A stretch of DNA of 64,000 nt from contig CAYYKL010000001.1 in assembly GCA_964441155.1 (NCBI GenBank), positions 24,393-88,392 on the forward strand. Reading direction: 5' to 3'. The notes beneath the pieces were generated by a model. It searched no databases. It had not been told where the DNA came from and saw nothing but the letters and a program-made list of their open reading frames with translations. The translations under genes and the position numbers were made by a program. Below, piece by piece: positions 9,981-20,660 of this stretch. This DNA is from an uncultured Pseudomonadales bacterium (lineage in GTDB: Bacteria > Patescibacteriota > Microgenomatia > UBA1400 > RBG-16-45-19). How positions within the stretch are numbered: position 1 is the first letter of the stretch; every line of letters starts with the position of its first letter.

Positions 9981-11258
9981 TTATTTCTTCTGCCTCAAGA
10001 AGGCCGGAATATCGAATTCGTCTTCGAAGGTGTCTTCTGCGCGAGCCGGTTTGCTTGAGTTAGTTGATTGTGGTTGTTTGTGTGTCGGCTTTGACGTAGA
10101 GAAATAATTGGGTGTTTCTATCTCTTCAGAATCATCATCAACTACAGGATCGGTCGTTTCGTCATCGTCAGTGACAGGGTCATCGGTTACGCTCGATGAT
10201 TGGCTTGATTGAAATGAGGCTTGAGGCGAATATGATTGTATTGGCTTGGAAGTGACACTCGGCGAGCGATCAATGCCACCAAATATGCCACCATGTTCCA
10301 TTCTGTCTTCAAATCCGGTGGCAATAACACTTATCTTTATTTCATCCTTCATTTCAGGTCTAATGGTGGCGCCAAAGATTATATTGGCATCGGGATCAGC
10401 GGATTGAGAAATGATTTGCGCGGCGTCGTTCACCTCGCTCATGGTCAAGTCTTCGCCGCCAATGATGTTAAACAAGATTCCTTTAGCGCCATCGATGGAA
10501 ACTTCTAGCAATGGAGAAGCCACAGCCGCCTTGGCTGCTGAGACAGCACGGTCACTACCAACACCTGTGCCAATACCCATTAATGCACTGCCTGCATCGG
10601 TCATAATCGCTCGAACATCAGCAAAGTCCACGTTAATGAGCCCTGGAACAGTTATGAGATCAGAAATGCCTTGCACGCCTTGTCCGAGCACGGAGTCGGC
10701 TACGCGAAATGCTTCGAGTAAAGACATTTGTTTGTCGATGACATCAATCAAGCGTTGGTTGGGAATAACAATCAGTGTGTCAACTTTTTCTTTGAGTTGA
10801 TCAATACCTTCTTCGGCTGTATTCATCCGCCGGTGTCCCTCGAATGAGAAAGGCTTGGTAACTACGGCCACTGTGAGCGCTCCCGTTTCTTTGGCAATTT
10901 CGGCAACCACCGCACTCGCACCTGTGCCCGTACCGCCACCCATCCCGGCAGTGATAAAAATCATGTCAGTGTTTTGGACGAGCTCCAAAATATGATCACG
11001 TGATTCTTCTGCCGCTTGGCGACCGATATCAGGATCGGCCCCAGAGCCTAAGCCCTTGGTCAAACTATCTCCGATTTGCAGCTTGGTTGTGGCTTGATTA
11101 TTAAGGAGTGCTTGAGAATCGGTGTTAATGGTTACAAACTCAACACCTTGAATTTTCTGATTGGCAACCATTGAGTTGATGGCATTGCCGCCACCCCCGC
11201 CTACACCAATGACTTTGATGTTGGCAAATGTATTGATGCTCGGTTTGACCAGTGCCAC
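9981..11258 (-). CDS. ftsZ: cell division GTPase FtsZ
   Basis: GGGTGTG tubulin signature, NTD/CTD architecture, an acidic disordered linker and a C-terminal conserved peptide (DIPAFLR). An AGGAG SD lies 6 nt upstream. Confidence 0.95.
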   Translation of the reverse strand: MALVKPSINTFANIKVIGVGGGGGNAINSMVANQKIQGVEFVTINTDSQALLNNQATTKLQIGDSLTKGLGSGADPDIGRQAAEESRDHILELVQNTDMIFITAGMGGGTGTGASAVVAEIAKETGALTVAVVTKPFSFEGHRRMNTAEEGIDQLKEKVDTLIVIPNQRLIDVIDKQMSLLEAFRVADSVLGQGVQGISDLITVPGLINVDFADVRAIMTDAGSALMGIGTGVGSDRAVSAAKAAVASPLLEVSIDGAKGILFNIIGGEDLTMSEVNDAAQIISQSADPDANIIFGATIRPEMKDEIKISVIATGFEDRMEHGGIFGGIDRSPSVTSKPIQSYSPQASFQSSQSSSVTDDPVTDDDETTDPVVDDDSEEIETPNYFSTSKPTHKQPQSTNSSKPARAEDTFEDEFDIPAFLRQKK

Positions 11259-11388
11259 TTGAGACTCCTAACGATCGCTTTTTTAGAATTACGTTTAATA
11301 ACCATGTATATCGAGGGCAAGTTTTGCAAGCAGTATACCACGAAGTCCTTATTTGGCCATATGTACCACCTCAAGGAAAAAGAGGAGG

Positions 11389-12696
11389 TTATGGGAGCAG
11401 ATTTTTGATCATGGCCACGAGTTTTTTAACCAGGTTTTTTCCAGAAACTTTAGGCAGATTTCCCATGAGTTGGTTGTCAGTTCGCTTGGGTTCGAAGTTT
11501 CGGTTTTTGAGGCCATAATGAATAAGCCCGACAGCACATGCATATTGTGGCGAGGACAACTCATCAATGAGACCCGATAAGCCTTTGGGTTCGCCAATGC
11601 GCGCTGGGACCGACAAGACTTTTTTAGCTAAGGAGTCGGCCATAACAGTAGACGCTCCGCCACCAGTCAACACCACACCGGCGGGAATTTGATGGAGTAA
11701 ATCTTTTTGTTTAAGCTCTTCGCGGATCAAGTTGAAGAGTTCACTTAAGCGGGGTTGGATAATACCTTGAATGATTTGTTTTTTTGAGGTCGTCGATGCT
11801 TCTTCGTTAATTCCCAAAGCTTGCAAATCAAGGAGGTCAAAATCTTTGCGAAGTTTGGTAATTTCTGATGCTGACGCCTCTTTTGGAGGCATAAAAATAA
11901 GCGCTTCTTTGGACAAATGAAGTTTTACGGCTTCAGCGTCTTTGAGGCTCAAGCGCATGCCGATAGCGATATCGTTGGTAATGTTTTTTGCCCCAACGGG
12001 CACCACAAACGAATGCGAAAGCGCCCCTTCAACAAACACGGTGACGCTGGTTGTGCCGGCACCCATATCTATAAGTGCGACTCCCAATTCTTTTTCTGTT
12101 TCTGACAACGTTGCATAGGCGCTGGCATAGCCCGAGAAAACGGTGCCATCGACTTGTATACCCAATTCGGTGATACATTTGTGCAAGTTTCGAATAGCCG
12201 TCGTTGAGCCAGAAACCAAATGAGCTTCTGCCTCAAGCCGAACTCCCGACATGCCGATTGGGTCTTTAATACCTGGTTGCGAATCGACCATGAAATCTCG
12301 GGGGATAACGTGGATAAGTTCTCGTGACGAGGGCAGAGAGACTGCTCGAGCGGCTTCGATCACTCGATCCACGTCTTCGATAATAATTTCACCTTCTGGT
12401 TCAGCTACTGCCACCACCCCTTTAGAATTTTGGGCGGCAATGTGAGCGCCAGAAATTGAAATAAAAGCGGAGTTTATGTTGTATCCGGCCATGCGCTCTG
12501 CCGATTCAACACTTGCTGTTATGGCCTCAATTGCCTCTTCAATGTCAACTATTTGACTTTTGCGCAAGCCCTTGCTGGGTGTTGATGCCACACCAATAAC
12601 ATTGGTTTTTCCTGATTCACTTGATTGGGTAGCGATGATAGTGCTGATTTTGTCAGAACCGATATCGATTCCAGCAATGACTGGTCCTTTTGGCAT
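11389..12696 (-). CDS. ftsA: cell division protein FtsA (actin-like ATPase)
   Basis: 435 aa. N-terminal IAGIDIGSDKI phosphate-1 motif, actin/HSP70 fold; sits immediately upstream of ftsZ. Confidence 0.9.
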   Translation of the reverse strand: MPKGPVIAGIDIGSDKISTIIATQSSESGKTNVIGVASTPSKGLRKSQIVDIEEAIEAITASVESAERMAGYNINSAFISISGAHIAAQNSKGVVAVAEPEGEIIIEDVDRVIEAARAVSLPSSRELIHVIPRDFMVDSQPGIKDPIGMSGVRLEAEAHLVSGSTTAIRNLHKCITELGIQVDGTVFSGYASAYATLSETEKELGVALIDMGAGTTSVTVFVEGALSHSFVVPVGAKNITNDIAIGMRLSLKDAEAVKLHLSKEALIFMPPKEASASEITKLRKDFDLLDLQALGINEEASTTSKKQIIQGIIQPRLSELFNLIREELKQKDLLHQIPAGVVLTGGGASTVMADSLAKKVLSVPARIGEPKGLSGLIDELSSPQYACAVGLIHYGLKNRNFEPKRTDNQLMGNLPKVSGKNLVKKLVAMIKNLLP

Positions 12697-12798
12697 ATGG
12701 TGAAATTATCCTTACTGTGTATGTTTCATTATACCCCACAAACAACGTGGCAAGAGCAAAAAATCCACTGCCCAGAACAATATCCAAAGCTCATGTAT

Positions 12799-13578
12799 TT
12801 ACTGCAACACTGGACGCTGGGGGCGCAGGTCGATAACTCTTGGGTTTGTTTCCATTGTATCTGTCCCTAAAATTATTTGTAAAGAGGCCACCTGATGTTC
12901 TAATGATTTGAAACTGGTAAACAAGAGTTTGATTGATTGGCTCACCACTTCAATTCTTTGCGCTGACGCTACGGTGACACTTGTCATGGGAATATCGCGC
13001 TCGAGCAGCAGAGCATACAACTGTGTGGCAGCCAACAGCCCGGGATCTTTAATGACACTTCCCACTTCTGGCTGCAAAGGCTCTAAGCTTTGAATTTGAA
13101 ACAGATTTGCATAGGGAGTAGGTGAAAACTCAGTTATGACCATTTTCGTGTTAACAAGCAGAGACGCTGACTCTGATGCAGTCACAATTTGTGCCAATGG
13201 CTGGCTTTGCTCCAGATTAACCACCAATGTCGATGGCAATTGAACTGCTGCCACTACCGTTTCGAATTGGGGTAAGGCATGTGCAAAAGTGGTCTCAATA
13301 GACTTAGGGTCCAAAAACAATGCCTGCTTCCCCATATTTTGGTCGGCAATTGACTGGACTTCAGCTGAGCAGGGCACACTCTCATCAGCAAAGCATTCGA
13401 CCGTATTAATGGTCATGCGTGAAAAGCACAAAAAACTTAAAGCGATCAAAGCAAGAGGAAGTGCGTATAAAGGATTGAGCTTGGATAACATTTGAACAAT
13501 GCCAATTCGAATGCTTGGAATAGTTGAGTTTTTTACTCTAGGCGTTGATCGTTTGGCACGGGTTTGGACAAAGCGCAT
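12799..13578 (-). CDS. FtsQ/DivIB-like bitopic division protein
   Basis: 259 aa with a single N-terminal TM segment and an extracytoplasmic domain. The canonical position between murG and ftsA supports the call. Confidence 0.5.
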   Translation of the reverse strand: MRFVQTRAKRSTPRVKNSTIPSIRIGIVQMLSKLNPLYALPLALIALSFLCFSRMTINTVECFADESVPCSAEVQSIADQNMGKQALFLDPKSIETTFAHALPQFETVVAAVQLPSTLVVNLEQSQPLAQIVTASESASLLVNTKMVITEFSPTPYANLFQIQSLEPLQPEVGSVIKDPGLLAATQLYALLLERDIPMTSVTVASAQRIEVVSQSIKLLFTSFKSLEHQVASLQIILGTDTMETNPRVIDLRPQRPVLQ

Positions 13579-13582
13579 GTTC

Positions 13583-14692
13583 TCATTCTAGCAAGGATTT
13601 GACGAGCGCATAGAAACGAGCCGCACTCTGTGGGTCTTGCAAATTGGTCAGTTTTTTAGCTCGCTTGGTATATGCATCCAGATGTTTGCTTATTGTTTCA
13701 ATTGCAGCCAGGAGTGTTTGAGGTTTGAAATCAACCTGTTTGAGCAAGATACCCGCTTTTTTATCAGTGATAAATCGTGCATTTTTTTCCTGCTCACTAT
13801 TTTGAGAGCCAAAAAGTGGCACCATTACCGCGGGTACACCACAGCTCATAATTTCACTGACGGTGTTGCCTCCGGAGCGGGACAACACTATGGTTGCGTG
13901 CTGCAACAAGAAGCCAAATTCGGTAGCTGTGAGCATGTTTTTGACATACAAGTGTTTGCGTGAGTGAAGCAGCAATTGCTCTCGCATGGTGGTTACTTTG
14001 TCAAAATCAGCAAAAGCTTGCGCGTTCCCCGTTTGCAACACAATCGTGAATTTTTCCAACAATACTTCCAACACCATCATCACCACTTGGTTGATGACAT
14101 GTGATCCCTGACTTCCCCCGGTAATAAGCAGGAGAGGACGGGTAAGCCGAGGCGCAAACCACTCTGGCCGGGGTTGTTCTTGCCAAATTTCTTCACGAAT
14201 CAGGTTCCCAGTAATCACCGTTTTCTTTTTGGGAAAATATTTATATGAGCTTTCATACGACAAGGCGATCTTAGCCGCAAATTTCCCCACCAATTGATTG
14301 GCTAAACCGGCTGCGGCAGTTTGCTCGTGAATAACCACCGGAATTCCCGTAAAGTAGCCCGCCAAACATAACGGTAGTCCCACAAAAGAGCCAAAACTAA
14401 TAATCACGTCTGGTTTCTCTGCCCTAACCAATTTGATTGCTGTAATGGTAGTAAAGAGAATTTTCCAGAGCGAGAGAATCGAGGTAATTTTGTTATATCG
14501 ATCATATTTGACCGAAGAAAGGGGAATAAATCGGCAACCCAATCCTTTAGCTGTCGCTTCTTCGTTAGATGTGGTGGCGTGTACTTTGGCATATTCCCTG
14601 CCAACCACCACCACTTGGTCATCCGCTTCACGAGCGATTTTAATAAATGCGACAGCTGGAGTTATATGTCCACCTGAAACAAGATATTTCAT
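13583..14692 (-). CDS. murG: UDP-GlcNAc:undecaprenyl-PP-MurNAc-pentapeptide GlcNAc transferase
   Basis: 369 aa, GT28 fold. N-terminal GGHITPA motif and a C-terminal donor-binding region; ends in TGA. Confidence 0.9.
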   Translation of the reverse strand: MKYLVSGGHITPAVAFIKIAREADDQVVVVGREYAKVHATTSNEEATAKGLGCRFIPLSSVKYDRYNKITSILSLWKILFTTITAIKLVRAEKPDVIISFGSFVGLPLCLAGYFTGIPVVIHEQTAAAGLANQLVGKFAAKIALSYESSYKYFPKKKTVITGNLIREEIWQEQPRPEWFAPRLTRPLLLITGGSQGSHVINQVVMMVLEVLLEKFTIVLQTGNAQAFADFDKVTTMREQLLLHSRKHLYVKNMLTATEFGFLLQHATIVLSRSGGNTVSEIMSCGVPAVMVPLFGSQNSEQEKNARFITDKKAGILLKQVDFKPQTLLAAIETISKHLDAYTKRAKKLTNLQDPQSAARFYALVKSLLE

Positions 14693-14695
14693 AGA

Positions 14696-15844
14696 TTACC
14701 GCCTAGTTACCCGAGCAAACCACCCAGGATTTCGATACCGAGAGGCATTTAAATATAAGCCCACTCCTGCCATCATGGTGATTAATGTCGAGCCGCCATA
14801 GGACACAAACGGCAATGGTACACCCGTCAGGGGAACCAAAACAACCATGGCACTCAAATTAAGTAGCGTTTGAATCGTGATCCAGGTGACCACACTCAAG
14901 GATAAAAGCCGAGCAAATTGGTCTTGAATTCGGTTGGCCACACTAAACCCTCGGGTAATGAGCACGCCATACACGCCAATAACCACACTTGATCCCAAAA
15001 ACCCGAGCTCTTCAGCCACCACAGCAAAAATCGAGTCCGTTGTCGCTTCGGGTAAATATTGATATTTTTGCCTGGAGCGCCCGATGCCAGTGCCGTACCA
15101 ACCACCCGAACCCAAGCCTATAACCACTTGGCGAATATGGTACGACTTGCCTTGGGGATCAGTGGTGGGAGATAAAAAGGTGGTCAAACGGGCGCGACGA
15201 TACGGACTACCCAGGATTAACATGCTCCCCATAAAAAGCCCTAAGAGCATAATGGCTCCCAAATATTTGAGTTTTGCGCCCGACATAAAATACATAATCA
15301 GGGCAAATACCGCGAGCACGATAGCAGTACCCATATCTGGCTCGAGCAAGAGCAAGCCCATCATGAGACCCACCAAACCCAAAAATGGCTCGAACCGCTG
15401 ATGTTTGGTGAGCCAGGACGAGAAATAGACAGCTACCGCAAGCTTAGTAACTTCTGATGGCTGCAAGTTGAAAAACCCTAAAGGAATCCAGCGCCGCGCT
15501 CCCTGAACTTTGGAGCCAATTCCAGGGATTAACACTGCAACGAGCAGCACAATGGCACCGATAAACAGCGGTTTGGCCAGTTTTTTTACCAGTGTGAGTG
15601 GCGTCAACCAAGTGACACACATTACAGCAAGACTTAAGAGCACCCACAATGCATGACGCCGGGCAAAATGGAATTTATCTCCAAACTGGGCATAGGCTTC
15701 CACCACTGATGCATCAAAAACCATAAGCAAGCCAAAAGCCAATAATCCCAAAATGAGACTCAGAAAAATCCAATCCACTTTGGCTGGATACTTTCCTTTT
15801 TTAAGGGTCTTGGATGTTTTTAATTGTTGGCGTTGTCGTCTCAT
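14696..15844 (-). CDS. ftsW: SEDS peptidoglycan polymerase FtsW
   Basis: 382 aa polytopic SEDS protein between murD and murG. Confidence 0.85.
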   Translation of the reverse strand: MRRQRQQLKTSKTLKKGKYPAKVDWIFLSLILGLLAFGLLMVFDASVVEAYAQFGDKFHFARRHALWVLLSLAVMCVTWLTPLTLVKKLAKPLFIGAIVLLVAVLIPGIGSKVQGARRWIPLGFFNLQPSEVTKLAVAVYFSSWLTKHQRFEPFLGLVGLMMGLLLLEPDMGTAIVLAVFALIMYFMSGAKLKYLGAIMLLGLFMGSMLILGSPYRRARLTTFLSPTTDPQGKSYHIRQVVIGLGSGGWYGTGIGRSRQKYQYLPEATTDSIFAVVAEELGFLGSSVVIGVYGVLITRGFSVANRIQDQFARLLSLSVVTWITIQTLLNLSAMVVLVPLTGVPLPFVSYGGSTLITMMAGVGLYLNASRYRNPGWFARVTRR

Positions 15845-17187
15845 GGTGCGCTCATTTCTTTCACTAAGGTTTTGAATGCGTCCCCTCGCTGTGCATAATC
15901 GGCGAAGGCATTAAAGCTCGCTGCAGCGGGAGAAAGTAAAATCACTTCTCCAGGCTTAGTTGCGGAAAAAGCCTGCTGCACTGCTTCAGCTAAATTATTG
16001 ACCTTGATAGTGTTTTTTTGTGACATGTGCCCAAGTGACTCAAGTAATGCCCATCCTGTTTCGGGCATGCCAATAATAGTGTGGAAGTTAGAGTCAGCAA
16101 TATGGGGAACAAGCGTTTCAAAGGTTTGCCCCCGATTAAAGCCACCAACCAACAAGCAGCCTGATTTTTCGCCACAGGCAGTGATAGCCGCAATCGTCGC
16201 TTCTGGAATCGTAGCTAGCGAATCGTTAATACACTCTCTGCCCGCAAATATTCCGATCTGCTCAAATCGATGTGGCAAGCCTATAAAATCAGCCAGAGAT
16301 TCAAATAGTTGAGCTTCTGGTATGTTCTCACTTTGTGCAATCGACAAAAGCGCATGCACGGAGAGCTCGTTAATCCCAGGATGATTCGTGAGCCATGTTT
16401 TTGCTTCTGCTGAAAGGGCGCGAGTTTCGCCCCCAAAGAGCACTTTTGTGCCTGATCCCTCTCCCGAAAAATAACTCAAAACTCGGGCATCGTCGGCCAG
16501 ATAAGCAATGTCGTGAGCCTTTTGAAAGGCAACAATGTTCACTTTTGCACCAGCATAGACATCAAAAGAAGGATAATAATCAAAATGTTCTCGATATAGA
16601 TTCAGAATCACTGCCTGGTGCGGACTGACAACCACATCAAGCAATTGATGTGAGGACAGTTCATAGACGATTTTTGTGTCTGGAGTGATTTGCGCGATAG
16701 ATTCAAAAGCTGGTTTGCCAATATTTCCCAATAAAATCGTATCCGGATGAATCAGCTTAAGAGCTGTGTAGATTAAACTTGAGGTGGTACTCTTTCCTTT
16801 TGTGCCCGTGATGCCAATGGTTTGTGAGCCAAAAAGGGCCAAAAACTCATTGGTTTGGCTAGTCACTGTTTGTTGGTGAGTCAAGCGTGATTGAAAATCT
16901 GGGTTAAACGGCGATACTCCGGGTGAACGGAAAATGACGTCAAATGCACTCAGCTCATCAAGCCAGGATTCTCCCCAATACCCGCTGATTTCATATTTCT
17001 GCATTAATTCCTGAGTCTCTGGGGCAAGTGAATCGAGCGGTTTTTGGTCAGCAACAGCAATGCGTGCGCCAATCCCTTGCTCAAGCAATAGCTTTGCCGT
17101 CGACAAGCCTTCCCTGCCCATGCCCAGGACTAAGATTTGAGCATCACCGTACGTTGTTTTAAGATGATCAAGTAGAGGTGAGTTCAT
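15841..17187 (-). CDS. murD: UDP-N-acetylmuramoyl-L-alanine--glutamate ligase (MurD family)
   Basis: Mur ligase three-domain architecture with a P-loop (GITGTKGKSTT). The likely start is MNSPLL at ~17187, abutting the upstream gene. Confidence 0.85.
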   Translation of the reverse strand: MNSPLLDHLKTTYGDAQILVLGMGREGLSTAKLLLEQGIGARIAVADQKPLDSLAPETQELMQKYEISGYWGESWLDELSAFDVIFRSPGVSPFNPDFQSRLTHQQTVTSQTNEFLALFGSQTIGITGTKGKSTTSSLIYTALKLIHPDTILLGNIGKPAFESIAQITPDTKIVYELSSHQLLDVVVSPHQAVILNLYREHFDYYPSFDVYAGAKVNIVAFQKAHDIAYLADDARVLSYFSGEGSGTKVLFGGETRALSAEAKTWLTNHPGINELSVHALLSIAQSENIPEAQLFESLADFIGLPHRFEQIGIFAGRECINDSLATIPEATIAAITACGEKSGCLLVGGFNRGQTFETLVPHIADSNFHTIIGMPETGWALLESLGHMSQKNTIKVNNLAEAVQQAFSATKPGEVILLSPAAASFNAFADYAQRGDAFKTLVKEMSAP

Positions 17188-18536
17188 AGTTTGGTGATGA
17201 GATGTAATTGATTTAGTAGTGCTGGTGGCACGAGCGTGTCGTTGCCCCATGACTGCATAAAATCTTCTTGCCTGGCTTGACTATTCTGATCAGGTGGATA
17301 GTGTTTTTTTACATAAGCTAAGACTGGAGGCAAGCTTTCATTGTAGAGCTTGGAGCAAAGCTCAAATGCGAGTCGCGTCTCTTCTCGAGTACCCACACAT
17401 TCAAACGGTTTTGCTTGTGTCTCATTGAGACTCGCATCAATGAGCGGGATCAAATCTAGATTTCTAAACACATCGCCGCCAAAAAAATGGATGGTTCGGT
17501 CCAAGCCAATAAACGGCGCAAGTGCACTAAAGGTAAACAAACATTTGGGACAATTTTTGCACCATGAAGTTTTCGATCGGTTACAGCTTAAGAATGCATC
17601 AAAATATTCTGGGAATTGACTAAACACGCGCGCAATTTGCAATTCATACAGAGGCCGCAATAGTGAAAAGTAGGCAATGCTACCTGAAAGATGTTGCTTG
17701 ATGTAGGCAGCTACCTCTAATTCAAACGCAAATGACTTCGAGTATTGGTGGTTAATTTCCTGTTCTTTCCACAACACATTACCTTCATCACTGCTGCGCT
17801 CATTCCCGACAACCAGTTGATTAAAACCATGGAGGTGCGCCACCAGTGCGGACAGAAATGCCAAAAGTGCCGAAAATGGTGTGTGGCCGTTGAGATACCC
17901 TTTGGCATCAAGCTCAAGCAACTGAGAATCTATGGAGCGAGAAACCTTAATAGGATTAGTAAAACCTGCAATTCGGGAAACTTCGAGCGCAGCCGGGGTT
18001 GGATTAAGAAGCAACACTTGTGCGCTCTCCCCAGTTGCTTTAACCGTTTCGAGTGCGACAACTGAATCTTTGCCACCTCCGACTAGAATTAAGTTATCAG
18101 GTTTCAGGTTTTGGTTGTTGGCATCTGATTGTGGTGCGAATACTGTGTCACTATCGACCTGAAATTGCACTAAGTCGTCACGAGTGAAATCTATGTCATT
18201 TTGATAAAAATACTCTCCCATGCCCTGAATGAGCAAGTTTCGCCAAAAAACTAATTGTTCTGGGGTGAGCATGCCTGCTTTGATGATAATTTCGGGCGAG
18301 CACGTAGCTTTCCAATAGCTTAGTAGCTCCACCATGCCCAGTGTGAAAACGAACGCATCGATTGATTCCAGCGAGTAGTTTTCGGGCAAAGGAATGTGAA
18401 CCGTGGGACGAAACACAAGATTAGGCTCAATCGAAAATTGCCAGGTAATCAGCAATTCCCTCTCCCTAACCTCATGAGCAAAGGAGTCATACGAAAATAC
18501 GGGATGTTTTTGGCGCAAGTGTGAAAACGTATCCAT
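17184..18536 (-). CDS. PP-loop ATP-pyrophosphatase-like protein with a Cys cluster; candidate MurL-type UDP-MurNAc-L-Ala-L-Glu epimerase
   Basis: 450 aa. PP-loop motif LVGGGKDS in mid-protein and a downstream CKNCPKC cluster, giving a QueC-like adenylating core. It is translationally coupled immediately upstream of murD inside the division cluster. Confidence as a CDS is high; the functional call is an inference. Confidence 0.45.
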   Translation of the reverse strand: MDTFSHLRQKHPVFSYDSFAHEVRERELLITWQFSIEPNLVFRPTVHIPLPENYSLESIDAFVFTLGMVELLSYWKATCSPEIIIKAGMLTPEQLVFWRNLLIQGMGEYFYQNDIDFTRDDLVQFQVDSDTVFAPQSDANNQNLKPDNLILVGGGKDSVVALETVKATGESAQVLLLNPTPAALEVSRIAGFTNPIKVSRSIDSQLLELDAKGYLNGHTPFSALLAFLSALVAHLHGFNQLVVGNERSSDEGNVLWKEQEINHQYSKSFAFELEVAAYIKQHLSGSIAYFSLLRPLYELQIARVFSQFPEYFDAFLSCNRSKTSWCKNCPKCLFTFSALAPFIGLDRTIHFFGGDVFRNLDLIPLIDASLNETQAKPFECVGTREETRLAFELCSKLYNESLPPVLAYVKKHYPPDQNSQARQEDFMQSWGNDTLVPPALLNQLHLITKL

Positions 18537-18609
18537 GTGAGGTTATTGTACTAGAAGCGATTAACTTATCACACCTCACCTGATTTACTCATTTTGCTTC
18601 CAAGAAAAA

Positions 18610-19110
18610 TTAATTTCTTGAAAATTGTCCTGTCCCACCATATAAGTCGTCATCAGAGGAATGGCTTCCCGCGTCAGGATCAACTTGTGTTAAATTTCGT
18701 CTTTTTTGGAAGCCTTCTAACTGTCGCCTCGCTGATTCTATCTCCTCAGGAGAAAAGTCTTTGACAGCAATCTCAAACGCTTGTGTATAATATTGCTGAA
18801 ATTCTGCTTCGAGTTTTGGATCCATTTTTTTCCCAACAGCACTAGTTTGCTCACCTAAATACCCATTTCGCCATTGAAAAAGAGTGTCTCTTTGTAATGT
18901 CTTTTTTTGATCAAATGAGTTGGGGTCATCTGTCTCCGCTTTATTGAGCATTCTAATTTCATTATCTGCCCACGCCAATTGATCTGACGCATACAGGTCT
19001 CGCCAAGCTGTCTCACCCCATACACCATAATTTCGAGCACTTTGGATTCTGTCTGGAGGAATTATGCTTGAGTCTAAACCTGGGATATTCGCATCTACAG
19101 CATCAATCAT
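18610..19110 (-). CDS. hypothetical cytoplasmic protein
   Basis: 166 aa, no TM segment and no recognisable motif; located between mraY and the MurL-like gene. Confidence 0.6.
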   Translation of the reverse strand: MIDAVDANIPGLDSSIIPPDRIQSARNYGVWGETAWRDLYASDQLAWADNEIRMLNKAETDDPNSFDQKKTLQRDTLFQWRNGYLGEQTSAVGKKMDPKLEAEFQQYYTQAFEIAVKDFSPEEIESARRQLEGFQKRRNLTQVDPDAGSHSSDDDLYGGTGQFSRN

Positions 19111-19201
19111 AAAATATTTTCCTTCAAATTTTTTGTAATAAATCCATTCTACTATACGGCGTATCTTCTTTTCTTTATCAGTTAATTTCTACTGTGAAAA
19201 G

Positions 19202-20233
19202 TTAGATTAGTGCCAGCCACACACCAAAAATGGCAAGCATTATGCCAGCCAACCAGGCACGCATCACAATTTTTGGCTCGCCCCACCCGACCATCTGCAA
19301 CCACAAATGCACGGGAGCAACCGGCAAGATTTTTTTGTGACGCAATTTTTTGGATGAAAGCTGAATGAGGGACGAAAGAAGTTCAACCACAAACAAGCCC
19401 CCAATAATTACCAATGCCAATGTCTTGCCGAGCAGTAATCCAACCACGGCAAAGGTGGCGCCAAACGAAAGCGAGCCTACATCCCCCAAAAAAATACGTG
19501 CCGGAAAAATGTTGAAGTAGAGAAACGCTATAAGGGAGCCAAGCCAGAGAGCTAAAAAGATTGACAGTGGTGTATCAAGAATTGATGATGACAACATCCA
19601 AAACGCAAACAAGGCAATCATGAGTAATCCCGCCGCCAGCCCATCGAGACCATCGGTTATGTTGACTGCATTGGCAAACGAAACAATCACAAACGCGGCA
19701 AATGGCACATAGAGCCATCCCAGGTGAATGATGCCAATATAGTTTATGTAGACAAAATCGATGTGCAAATTGGCAAATAACAATAGGGATATAATGAGCG
19801 CTAATATCCACTGGATGACAAATTTGTGCCGCAAGCGCAAGCCAAAGAATTTGTTACTATCGACTTTGAAAAACTTCATGATGTCGTCATAGAGGCCCAA
19901 CATGCCAAAACTTAAGAACGAGAAGAACAAAATATTCACTTGTTGCGTCAGTGGATGAATGTGCGTGACTTCAACCCCAAACACTTTAAGCAAGGGGAAA
20001 AGCAGCAAAAACATCAAGGAAACTATGGCAATAATGAGCAATCCCCCGCCAATCGGTGTGCCAGCTTTTTCTTTGTGCAGTGAGTCAAAAATGGGTGTCC
20101 TTTTGCCAAACGCATCGGTCGTTTTTTGTTCGAGGCGTTGGAATTTGAGTTTGTAGAGCAAGTTGATGAAGGGAATTAGCGCAACACCGGTGATGGTGAA
20201 GGAAAAGATGAGTAGACCGATTAAAAGCAACAT
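19202..20233 (-). CDS. mraY: phospho-N-acetylmuramoyl-pentapeptide transferase
   Basis: 343 aa polytopic membrane protein with MraY conserved blocks (NAVNITDGLDGLA, GDVGS). Confidence 0.95.
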   Translation of the reverse strand: MLLLIGLLIFSFTITGVALIPFINLLYKLKFQRLEQKTTDAFGKRTPIFDSLHKEKAGTPIGGGLLIIAIVSLMFLLLFPLLKVFGVEVTHIHPLTQQVNILFFSFLSFGMLGLYDDIMKFFKVDSNKFFGLRLRHKFVIQWILALIISLLLFANLHIDFVYINYIGIIHLGWLYVPFAAFVIVSFANAVNITDGLDGLAAGLLMIALFAFWMLSSSILDTPLSIFLALWLGSLIAFLYFNIFPARIFLGDVGSLSFGATFAVVGLLLGKTLALVIIGGLFVVELLSSLIQLSSKKLRHKKILPVAPVHLWLQMVGWGEPKIVMRAWLAGIMLAIFGVWLALI

Positions 20234-20236
20234 AAT

Positions 20237-20590
20237 TTACAGTAGATACGGCAAAAAGATAATAAGTCCAATAATCACTGAGGCAAGAGATGCCACGAGC
20301 ACCATACCGGCGGCAACGTCTTTGGCCGCTTTGGCGTGGGGCGAAAATTTGAGCGTGATCATGTCGGTCAACGATTCAATGGCAGTGTTGGCGAGTTCTG
20401 CCAAAATCACCATAAAAATTGCCAGCGTAATAAACAACCATTCGATCACCGATAGCTGCACAATAAGCCCAATAATTATGACCAGTGAGGCCACGACCAA
20501 GTGAATCTTGAGATTGATTTGGGTTTTAAACGCATGCACCAAGCCATCAAGCGCATGATTAAAGCCAATTCGCTGAAAGAGTGATGCCAT
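20237..20590 (-). CDS. dgkA: DgkA-family lipid kinase (diacylglycerol/undecaprenol kinase)
   Basis: 117 aa, three TM segments, with the ELANTAIE motif of prokaryotic DAGK family proteins. Confidence 0.8.
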   Translation of the reverse strand: MASLFQRIGFNHALDGLVHAFKTQINLKIHLVVASLVIIIGLIVQLSVIEWLFITLAIFMVILAELANTAIESLTDMITLKFSPHAKAAKDVAAGMVLVASLASVIIGLIIFLPYLL

Positions 20591-20660
20591 AAGATTATTG
20601 TACCAGTAAATGATAGTGAGTTATCTAAGAAACAACTCTAGTGAAAGCTTGCTCTTAAAC

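Noticed and set aside
10411-10800. 129-aa plus-strand ORF
   Set aside because: It is antisense to ftsZ. Its Ser/Thr/Ala-rich product is a typical shadow ORF.
11259-11388. Hairpin ACCUCCUC..GAGGUGGU between ftsA and ftsZ, considered as a terminator
   Set aside because: The stem has a mismatch and no following U-run. It is more likely part of the ftsZ promoter/5'-UTR region, given the TATACT -10-like box and the AGGAG SD just downstream.
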